The translations under genes and the position numbers were made by a program. Shown piece by piece: positions 1-6,026 of a stretch of 7,158 nucleotides of DNA. Under the pieces are notes generated by a model that searched no databases, was not told the DNA's origin, and saw only the letters and a list, made by a program, of their open reading frames with translations. Every line of letters starts with the position of its first letter. Positions within the stretch are counted from its first letter, which is position 1. The DNA is from a virus (taxonomy: Duplodnaviria; Heunggongvirae; Uroviricota; Caudoviricetes): the IMG/VR virus record IMGVR_UViG_2541047701_000004; one strand, 5' to 3'.

Positions 1-402
<402 letters not shown>

Positions 403-414
403 TTCATTTGCTAA

Positions 415-996
415 TTACTTGTTTTTGCCATGCTTATCCTGAGCGATAAGTTCATCCATAAGGCTGTCTGCCTTCCCGGCAAACCTAATGTAGCACTCAT
501 GTCTATAGCTTTCAGGGATAACGAAACGGTCGGTATCAGGATATCCAACAGCAGGAGGCCTTCGAACGAGGAGTCCTTTTTTGAGCAATGAAATTGATTC
601 CTGAGCGCCCTTTTCCGTTTGTAGCTGGTTATTAGCGGCTACAGCGAATGCCAAATACGCTCTTTCTCCAAGAGTTAACGAATCAAACAAATCTTGCACA
701 TATTTTTCTTCTTTAGATTTGCGCTTCTGAGCAGCGAATACCTCAATTCTTTCAGTCACAGCGTGATAAGCGGAATTAACAACGCCGTTAAGCACATAGC
801 TAACGCAAAACAACAGGATGTAATACATCCAGTAATGAGGAAGGATTTCTGGATTATGCAGGTTTATCCATTCTTTTACGCTTACCGGCATAACAATAAT
901 CAATATGATCAGGATGATTAGCATATGAATCAACTGTTTAAGTGTCATTCCTTGCAGGAAAAAATGCATTAGTTCCTGCCACCATGAGTTGTTCAT
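415..996 (-). CDS. sieB: Superinfection exclusion protein B (SieB-like), membrane protein
   Basis: A 193-aa ORF on the strand opposite to ral, with a hydrophobic N-terminal region (LIHMLIILIILIIVMPV, YWMYYILLFCVSYVL). Its size, its position between the ral side and the expected N side, and its divergent orientation match lambda sieB. The sequence matches my recollection of lambda SieB. Confidence 0.8.
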   Translation of the reverse strand: MNNSWWQELMHFFLQGMTLKQLIHMLIILIILIIVMPVSVKEWINLHNPEILPHYWMYYILLFCVSYVLNGVVNSAYHAVTERIEVFAAQKRKSKEEKYVQDLFDSLTLGERAYLAFAVAANNQLQTEKGAQESISLLKKGLLVRRPPAVGYPDTDRFVIPESYRHECYIRFAGKADSLMDELIAQDKHGKNK

Positions 997-1139
997 CGGC
1001 GTTTCTCTTTTGCTCTCTGTAGGGGTGAATAGAGTTTATCCGATTTCTCGTTGTAGGGGTACACGAGAACCACCGAGCCTGATGTGGTTAAAAGACAGGC
1101 ACAATCTTTACTACCGCAATCCACTATTTAAGGTGATAT

Positions 1140-1226
1140 ATGGAAGAAGAATTTGAAGAGTTCGAAGAGCATCCTCAAGATGTGATGGAACAATACCAGG
1201 ACTATCCGTATGACTACGACTATTGA
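1140..1226 (+). CDS. Small acidic/aromatic peptide (28 aa, MEEEFEEFEEHPQDVMEQYQDYPYDYDY), lambda orf28-like
   Basis: ATG at 1140 is preceded by AGGTGA (1133-1138) with a very short 1-nt spacer. The 28-codon frame ends at TGA 1224-1226 and overlaps the ral start at 1210. A 28-aa ORF is annotated at this position in lambda (recollection). Expression is unproven. Confidence 0.35.
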   Translation: MEEEFEEFEEHPQDVMEQYQDYPYDYDY

Positions 1227-1410
1227 TACAAATCAATGGTGTGGACAATTCAAACGATGCAATGGATGCAAGCTGCAATCGGAATGCATGGTTAAGCCTG
1301 AAGAAATGTTTCCTGTAATGGAAGATGGGAAATATGTCGATAAATGGGCAATACGAACGACGGCAATGATTGCCAGAGAACTTGGTAAACAGAACAACAA
1401 AGCTGCCTGA
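1210..1410 (+). CDS. ral: Restriction alleviation protein Ral (anti-restriction, modulates type I R-M)
   Basis: A 66-aa ORF (MTTTIDTNQWCGQFKRCNGCKLQSECM...) whose length and sequence match lambda Ral as I recall it. It sits in the expected position upstream of ea10. Confidence 0.85.
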   Translation: MTTTIDTNQWCGQFKRCNGCKLQSECMVKPEEMFPVMEDGKYVDKWAIRTTAMIARELGKQNNKAA

Positions 1411-1546
1411 TAGTGGCCTTTATTTTTGGCATAAATAACAGAATAAACACTGCACTGTGTATTCATTCCAACGAGTGAATACACGGAGCAATGTCGCTCG
1501 TAACTAAACAGGAGCCGACTTGTTCTGATTATTGGAAATCTTCTTT

Positions 1547-1573
1547 GCCCTCCAGTGTGAGGGCGATTTTTTA
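1547..1573 (+). terminator. Candidate rho-independent terminator/attenuator upstream of ea10
   Basis: Stem GCCCTC (1547-1552), loop CAGTGT, stem GAGGGC (1559-1564), followed by GATTTTTTA. In lambda, pL transcription would read through such sites with N antitermination. Confidence 0.5.
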
Positions 1574-1592
1574 TCTATGAGGATATGAATAG

Positions 1593-1961
1593 ATGTCAAA
1601 CATCAAAAAATACATCATTGATTACGACTGGAAAGCATCAATAGAAATTGAAATTGACCATGACGTAATGACAGAGGAAAAACTTCACCAGATTAATAAT
1701 TTCTGGTCAGACTCTGAATACCGACTCAATAAACACGGCTCTGTATTAAATGCTGTATTAATCATGCTGGCGCAACATGCTCTGCTTATAGCAATTTCAA
1801 GCGACTTAAATGCATATGGTGTTGTGTGTGAGTTCGACTGGAATGATGGAAATGGTCAGGAAGGATGGCCTCCAATGGATGGTAGTGAAGGAATAAGAAT
1901 TACCGATATCGATACATCAGGAATATTTGATTCAGATGATATGACTATCAAGGCCGCCTGA
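1593..1961 (+). CDS. ea10: Ea10 early protein (lambda Ea10-like)
   Basis: A 122-aa ORF with SD TGAGGA at 1578-1583. Its length and sequence match lambda Ea10 as recalled, and it lies between ral and cIII. Confidence 0.85.
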   Translation: MSNIKKYIIDYDWKASIEIEIDHDVMTEEKLHQINNFWSDSEYRLNKHGSVLNAVLIMLAQHALLIAISSDLNAYGVVCEFDWNDGNGQEGWPPMDGSEGIRITDIDTSGIFDSDDMTIKAA

Positions 1962-1986
1962 GCGCGGCGTTACCGCATACCAATTA

Positions 1987-2007
1987 CGCTTCACTCGAGG
2001 CGTTTTT
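1987..2007 (+). terminator. Candidate hairpin plus U-run between ea10 and cIII
   Basis: CGCTTC (1987-1992), loop ACTC, GAGGCG (1997-2002, with one G-U pair), then TTTTT (2003-2007). It could be a terminator or a structure in the cIII leader. Confidence 0.4.
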
Positions 2008-2033
2008 CGTTATGTATAAATAAGGAGCACACC

Positions 2034-2198
2034 ATGCAATATGCCATTGCAGGGTGGCCTGTTGCTGGCTGCCCTTCCGAATCTTTACTTGAACGAATCA
2101 CCCGTAAATTACGTGACGGATGGAAACGCCTTATCGACATACTTAATCAGCCAGGAGTCCCAAAAAATGGATCAAACAATTATGGCTATCCAGACTAA
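2034..2198 (+). CDS. cIII: CIII (FtsH inhibitor that stabilises CII)
   Basis: Absent from the ORF track because it is under 60 aa. ATG at 2034 follows a strong SD TAAGGAG (2021-2027). The 54-aa translation is [54 protein letters not shown], matching lambda CIII. The stop TAA is at 2196-2198, overlapping the kil start. Confidence 0.9.
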   Translation: MQYAIAGWPVAGCPSESLLERITRKLRDGWKRLIDILNQPGVPKNGSNNYGYPD

Positions 2199-2310
2199 AT
2201 TCACTATCGCCACTTTTATTGGCGATGAAAAGATGTTTCGTGAGGCCGTCGACGCTTATAAAAAATGGATATTAATACTGAAACTGAGATCAAGCAAAAG
2301 CATTCACTAA
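2167..2310 (+). CDS. kil: Kil (host cell-division/FtsZ inhibitor)
   Basis: The 47-aa product [47 protein letters not shown] matches lambda Kil. The track's 89-aa ORF (2041..2310) is only the in-frame upstream extension; the true start is inferred as ATG 2167 by homology and by overlap with cIII. Confidence 0.85.
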   Translation: MDQTIMAIQTKFTIATFIGDEKMFREAVDAYKKWILILKLRSSKSIH

Positions 2311-2385
2311 CCCCCTTTCCTGTTTTCCTAATCAGCCTAGCATTTCGCGGGCGATATTTTCACAGCCATTTTCAGGAGTTCAGCC

Positions 2386-2682
2386 ATGAACGCTTATTAC
2401 ATTCAGGATCGTCTTGAGGCTCAGAGCTGGGCGCGTCACTACCAGCAGATCGCCCGTGAAGAGAAAGAGGCAGAACTGGCAGACGACATGGAAAAAGGCC
2501 TGCCCCAGCACCTGTTTGAATCGCTATGCATCGATCATTTACAACGCCACGGGGCCAGCAAAAAAGCCATTACCCGTGCGTTTGATGACGATGTTGAGTT
2601 TCAGGAGCGCATGGCAGAACACATCCGGTACATAGTTGAAACCATTGCTCACCATCAGGCTGATATTGATTCAGAGGTATAA
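2386..2682 (+). CDS. gam: Gam (RecBCD/SbcCD nuclease inhibitor), short GamS form
   Basis: The 98-aa ORF is near-identical to the C-terminal 98 aa of lambda Gam, with about four substitutions. The upstream extension that gives the 138-aa long form in lambda is out of frame here (see findings). Confidence 0.9.
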   Translation: MNAYYIQDRLEAQSWARHYQQIAREEKEAELADDMEKGLPQHLFESLCIDHLQRHGASKKAITRAFDDDVEFQERMAEHIRYIVETIAHHQADIDSEV

Positions 2683-2687
2683 AACGG

Positions 2688-3473
2688 ATGAGTACAGCAC
2701 TCGCAACGCTGGCAGGGAAGCTGGCTGAACGTGTCGGCATGGATTCTGTCGACCCACAGGAACTGATCACCACTCTTCGCCAGACGGCATTTAAAGGTGA
2801 TGCCAGCGATGCGCAGTTCATCGCATTGTTGATCGTCGCCAACCAGTACGGCCTTAATCCGTGGACGAAAGAAATTTACGCCTTCCCTGATAAGCAGAAC
2901 GGCATTGTTCCGGTGGTGGGCGTTGATGGCTGGTCCCGCATCATCAATGAAAACCAGCAGTTTGATGGTATGGACTTTGAGCAGGACAATGAATCATGTA
3001 CATGCCGGATTTACCGCAAAGACCGCAATCATCCGATCTGCGTTACCGAGTGGATGGATGAATGCCGCCGCGAACCATTCAAAACCCGCGAAGGCAGAGA
3101 AATCACGGGGCCGTGGCAGTCGCATCCCAAACGGATGTTACGGCATAAAGCCATGATTCAGTGTGCCCGTCTGGCCTTCGGATTTGCTGGTATCTATGAC
3201 AAGGATGAAGCCGAGCGCATTGTCGAAAATACCGCATACACTGCAGAACGTCAGCCGGAACGCGACATCACTCCGGTTAACGATGAAACCATGCAGGAGA
3301 TTAACACTCTGCTGATTGCCCTGGACAAAACATGGGATGACGACTTATTGCCGCTCTGTTCCCAGATATTTCGCCGCGACATTCGCGCATCGTCAGAACT
3401 GACACAGGCCGAAGCAGTGAAAGCTCTTGGATTCCTGAAACAGAAAGCCACTGAGCAGAAGGTGGCAGCATGA
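2688..3473 (+). CDS. bet: Bet (Red beta single-strand annealing protein)
   Basis: The 261-aa ORF is essentially lambda Red beta ([38 protein letters not shown]...). Its stop overlaps the exo start as ATGA. Confidence 0.95.
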   Translation: MSTALATLAGKLAERVGMDSVDPQELITTLRQTAFKGDASDAQFIALLIVANQYGLNPWTKEIYAFPDKQNGIVPVVGVDGWSRIINENQQFDGMDFEQDNESCTCRIYRKDRNHPICVTEWMDECRREPFKTREGREITGPWQSHPKRMLRHKAMIQCARLAFGFAGIYDKDEAERIVENTAYTAERQPERDITPVNDETMQEINTLLIALDKTWDDDLLPLCSQIFRRDIRASSELTQAEAVKALGFLKQKATEQKVAA

Positions 3474-4150
3474 CACCGGACATTATCCTGCAGCGTACCG
3501 GGATCGACGTGAGAGCTGTCGAACAGGGGGATGATGCATGGCACAAATTACGGCTCGGCGTCATCACCGCTTCAGAAGTTCACAACGTGATAGCAAAGCC
3601 CCGCTCAGGAAAGAAGTGGCCTGACATGAAAATGTCCTACTTCCACACCCTGCTGGCTGAGGTTTGCACCGGTGTGGCTCCGGAAGTTAATGCTAAGGCG
3701 CTGGCGTGGGGAAAACAGTACGAGAACGACGCCAGAACCCTGTTTGAATTCACTTCCGGCGTGAATGTTACTGAATCCCCGATCATCTATCGCGACGAAA
3801 GTATGCGCACCGCCTGCTCTCCCGATGGTTTATGCAGTGACGGCAATGGCCTTGAGCTGAAATGCCCGTTTACCTCCCGGGATTTCATGAAGTTCCGGCT
3901 CGGTGGTTTCGAGGCCATAAAGTCGGCTTACATGGCCCAGGTGCAGTACAGCATGTGGGTGACACGAAAAGATGCCTGGTACTTTGCCAACTATGACCCA
4001 CGAATGAAGCGTGAAGGCCTGCATTATGTCGTGGTTGAGCGGGATGAAAAGTACATGGCGAGTTTTGACGAGATGGTGCCGGAGTTCATCGAAAAAATGG
4101 ACGAAGCACTGGCTGAAATTGGTTTTGTATTTGGAGAGCAATGGCGATGA
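3470..4150 (+). CDS. exo: Exo (Red alpha 5'-3' dsDNA exonuclease)
   Basis: The 226-aa ORF is essentially lambda exonuclease ([40 protein letters not shown]...). It is translationally coupled to bet upstream and to orf60a downstream. Confidence 0.95.
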   Translation: MTPDIILQRTGIDVRAVEQGDDAWHKLRLGVITASEVHNVIAKPRSGKKWPDMKMSYFHTLLAEVCTGVAPEVNAKALAWGKQYENDARTLFEFTSGVNVTESPIIYRDESMRTACSPDGLCSDGNGLELKCPFTSRDFMKFRLGGFEAIKSAYMAQVQYSMWVTRKDAWYFANYDPRMKREGLHYVVVERDEKYMASFDEMVPEFIEKMDEALAEIGFVFGEQWR

Positions 4151-4329
4151 CCCATCCTCACGATAATATCCGGGTAGGCGCGATCACTTTCGTCTACTCC
4201 GTTACAAAGCGAGGCTGGGTATTTCACGGTCTTTCTGTTATCCGAAATCCGCTGAAAGCCCAGCGGCTGGCTGAGGAGATAAATAATAAACGGGGGGCGG
4301 TATGCACAAAGCATCTCCTGTTGAGTTAA
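4147..4329 (+). CDS. Orf60a-like protein of the lambda exo-xis region
   Basis: ATG at 4147 overlaps the exo stop as ATGA, giving a 60-aa product ([29 protein letters not shown]...). Its position and length match lambda orf60a. The track's 62-aa ORF starts two codons earlier. Confidence 0.8.
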   Translation: MTHPHDNIRVGAITFVYSVTKRGWVFHGLSVIRNPLKAQRLAEEINNKRGAVCTKHLLLS

Positions 4330-4493
4330 GAACGAGTATTGATTTGGCACATAGCCTTGCTCAAATTGGAGTCAGGTTTGTGCCAATACCAGCAGAAACA
4401 GACGAAGAATTTCATACGTTAGCCACATCCCTTTCACAAAAGCTGGAAATGATGGTGGCGAAAGCAGAAGCAGATGAGAGAGACCAGGTATGA
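4302..4493 (+). CDS. Orf63-like protein of the lambda exo-xis region
   Basis: A 63-aa ORF overlapping orf60a by 28 nt, the same geometry I recall for lambda. The product is acidic and helical ([26 protein letters not shown]...). Confidence 0.8.
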   Translation: MHKASPVELRTSIDLAHSLAQIGVRFVPIPAETDEEFHTLATSLSQKLEMMVAKAEADERDQV

Positions 4494-4573
4494 CAACCAC
4501 TGAATGCATTTTTCTGGCAGCGGGCTTCATATTCTGTGTGCTTATGCTTGCCGACATGGGGCTTGTTCAGTGA
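4490..4573 (+). CDS. Candidate 27-aa hydrophobic peptide (MTTTECIFLAAGFIFCVLMLADMGLVQ)
   Basis: ATG at 4490 overlaps the orf63 stop as ATGA, a classic coupling arrangement. The product is a single predicted transmembrane helix. No homolog is recalled, so this is speculative. Confidence 0.25.
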   Translation: MTTTECIFLAAGFIFCVLMLADMGLVQ

Positions 4574-4686
4574 CACCTCAGCAAGAAAACGCCCTTCGCA
4601 GCATTGCCCGTCAGGCTAATTCTGAAATCAAAAAAGTCAGACAGCAGTTTCCAAAAACGTCAATGACATTTGCCGTAGCGTACTGA
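4504..4686 (+). CDS. Hypothetical protein, possibly orf61-like (Cys/His-rich N-terminus)
   Basis: A 60-aa ORF in the position where lambda carries orf61. An upstream in-frame ATG at 4474 is cut off by TGA at 4501-4503. The assignment and start are uncertain. Confidence 0.3.
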   Translation: MHFSGSGLHILCAYACRHGACSVTPQQENALRSIARQANSEIKKVRQQFPKTSMTFAVAY

Positions 4687-4803
4687 AGAAGCACCGCGAA
4701 ACGGTAACGCTGAAGGGATTCACACCGACTCATTTAAGCCTGGCAATCGGCATGTTAAACGGCGTCTTTAAGGAACGATGAACATGAAAAGCAAAATTAT
4801 CAG

Positions 4804-4824
4804 GGAGCTACAGGCTCCTTTTTT
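4804..4824 (+). terminator. Candidate rho-independent terminator
   Basis: GGAGC (4804-4808), loop TACAG, GCTCC (4814-4818), followed by TTTTTT (4819-4824) then ATT. Confidence 0.45.
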
Positions 4825-4879
4825 ATTGTTCGCATTCACCCTCAAGCGTATTAACCAACAGTTCAGGGATTAATGAAAG

Positions 4880-5101
4880 ATGGCAGACATCATTGATTCA
4901 GCATCAGAAATAGAAGAATTACAGCGCAACACAGCAATAAAAATGCGCCGCCTGAACTACCTGGCTGTATCTGCCACTCATTGTTGTGAGTGTGGCGATC
5001 CGATAGATGAACGAAGACGCCTGGCCGTTCAGGGTTGTCGGACTTGCGCCAGTTGCCAGCAAGATCTGGAGCTTATCCGCAAACAAAGGGGGATTAAGTG
5101 A
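4880..5101 (+). CDS. DksA/TraR-family C4 zinc-finger protein (lambda Orf73-like RNA polymerase-binding regulator)
   Basis: The 73-aa ORF has a Cys-x2-Cys-x17-Cys-x2-Cys motif (CCEC...CASC) that matches the DksA/TraR zinc ribbon. Its size and its position in the exo-xis region match lambda orf73. Confidence 0.85.
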   Translation: MADIIDSASEIEELQRNTAIKMRRLNYLAVSATHCCECGDPIDERRRLAVQGCRTCASCQQDLELIRKQRGIK

Positions 5102-5427
5102 TGGCTAACCTGCAACTTGCTGTTAAAAGTGAATACTTCGATGCCATGATTCGCGGAGAGAAAACGGAAGAGTATCGCTTGTGTAATGACTACTGGAATA
5201 AGCGAATTATGTTCCGGGAATATGACCGCCTGATTATCACAAAGGGATATCCGAAGCGCGACGATTCCAGTCGCAGAATTGATGTTCCGTATGACGGATA
5301 TGAAGTGAAGACAATCACACATCCGCACTTTGGCGATAAACCGGTAAAGGTGTTCGCTATAAAGGTGAATATCAGCACTGAATATCAATCCGCACAACAC
5401 AAGGTCAAGAATGTTCAGAGTGATTGA
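5101..5427 (+). CDS. ASCH/PUA-like domain protein (DUF3850-like), function unknown
   Basis: The N-terminal segment AVKSEYFDAMIRGEKTEEYRLCNDYW resembles the ASCH-type signature (kPEYFeai.sGkKTfEiRkND) as I recall it. The likely start is ATG 5101, overlapping the orf73 stop as TGATG; the track begins at GTG 5098. There is no counterpart in lambda as I recall it. Confidence 0.7.
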   Translation: MANLQLAVKSEYFDAMIRGEKTEEYRLCNDYWNKRIMFREYDRLIITKGYPKRDDSSRRIDVPYDGYEVKTITHPHFGDKPVKVFAIKVNISTEYQSAQHKVKNVQSD

Positions 5428-5650
5428 CCCTAACACCTGGTACGTCGACCACCACGGCACTCCCTGCAAAATCCTGCGTTCTACCCACAACAAAGTTCAC
5501 TACATCCGAAAAGGCAGAACATGTATCGCCAGCATGTTCCGCTTTAATCATGACTTTGAACCTGTGAATAAAGCTGATGCAGATCGGATAGCAGAAGAGA
5601 TCGAAACGGCAGAACACATTAAGAAGTTACGTGACATGCGCAGGAAATAG
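5411..5650 (+). CDS. Hypothetical 79-aa protein (His/Cys-containing N-terminal half, basic helical C-terminus)
   Basis: ATG at 5411 lies 6 nt after AAGG (5401-5404) and overlaps the preceding gene by 17 nt, on the same strand as its neighbours. It occupies the position of ea8.5 in lambda but I do not recognise it as Ea8.5. Confidence 0.6.
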   Translation: MFRVIDPNTWYVDHHGTPCKILRSTHNKVHYIRKGRTCIASMFRFNHDFEPVNKADADRIAEEIETAEHIKKLRDMRRK

Positions 5651-5789
5651 AAAAATTGATAAATTCAATACTGCATTTCTCAGCATTAAATTTATCTCTA
5701 TGACCAGTCAAGAGATGTACCTGCCATGAGCTTAATATCATGTCAGATATATCGGTCACAAACTCCCTCAGCAGCTAAGAGGAGGACAA

Positions 5790-6026
5790 ATGTCTCGACT
5801 AATCACTTTACAGGACTGGGCTAAAGAAGAATTTGGGGACTTAGCACCAAGTGAGCGAGTTCTGAAAAAATACGCGCAAGGGAAAATGATGGCCCCACCC
5901 GCTATAAAAGTTGGTCGCTACTGGATGATTGACCGAAATTCCCGTTTTGTAGGAACGCTTGCAGAACCGCAACTCCCAATAAACGCAAACCCAAAACTCC
6001 AAAGGATAATCGCTGATGGCTGCTAG
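5790..6026 (+). CDS. xis: Excisionase (lambda Xis-like winged-helix protein)
   Basis: Strong SD AAGAGGAGG (5777-5785). The 78-aa product begins MSRLITLQDWAKEE...PPAIKVGRYWMI, parallel to lambda Xis MYLTLQEWNARQ...PPPVKDGREYLF. It overlaps int by 11 nt. Confidence 0.85.
   Translation: MSRLITLQDWAKEEFGDLAPSERVLKKYAQGKMMAPPAIKVGRYWMIDRNSRFVGTLAEPQLPINANPKLQRIIADGC

Noticed and set aside
694-921. 75-aa + strand ORF inside sieB
   Set aside because: It is antisense to a well-supported gene and low-complexity (FFFF run), so it is a shadow ORF.
1233-1484. 83-aa minus-strand ORF over ral
   Set aside because: It is antisense to ral and extends into intergenic sequence, with no RBS or homology signal.
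2041-2310. 89-aa ORF in the track spanning cIII and kil
   Set aside because: It is the kil frame extended upstream to an earlier ATG. The real genes are cIII (2034..2198, another frame, strong SD) and kil (2167..2310, 47 aa).
2414-4350. Several ORFs overlapping gam, bet and exo (2414..2635 +, 2570..2842 -, 2905..3156 +, 3251..3544 -, 3301..3567 -, 3830..4141 -, 4024..4350 -)
   Set aside because: They are alternative-frame or antisense ORFs inside near-lambda-identical coding sequence, typical of GC-balanced coding regions.
4372-4557. 61-aa minus-strand ORF over the orf63/orf61 region
   Set aside because: It is antisense to the co-directional early-left gene array, with no supporting signals.
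4815-4826. CTTTTTTAT resembling part of the lambda att core GCTTTTTTATACTAA
   Set aside because: It is only a partial match and is explained by the terminator T-run. The real attachment site is expected beyond the 3' end of int, outside the window.
4778-4870. 30-aa ORF MNMKSKIIRELQAPFLLFAFTLKRINQQFRD
   Set aside because: It spans the terminator hairpin and the putative promoter, so it is more likely non-coding regulatory sequence.
5029-5617. Minus-strand ORFs (5029..5493, 5190..5378, 5405..5617) across orf73, the ASCH gene and the 79-aa gene
   Set aside because: They are antisense to tightly coupled + strand genes that have recognisable domains.
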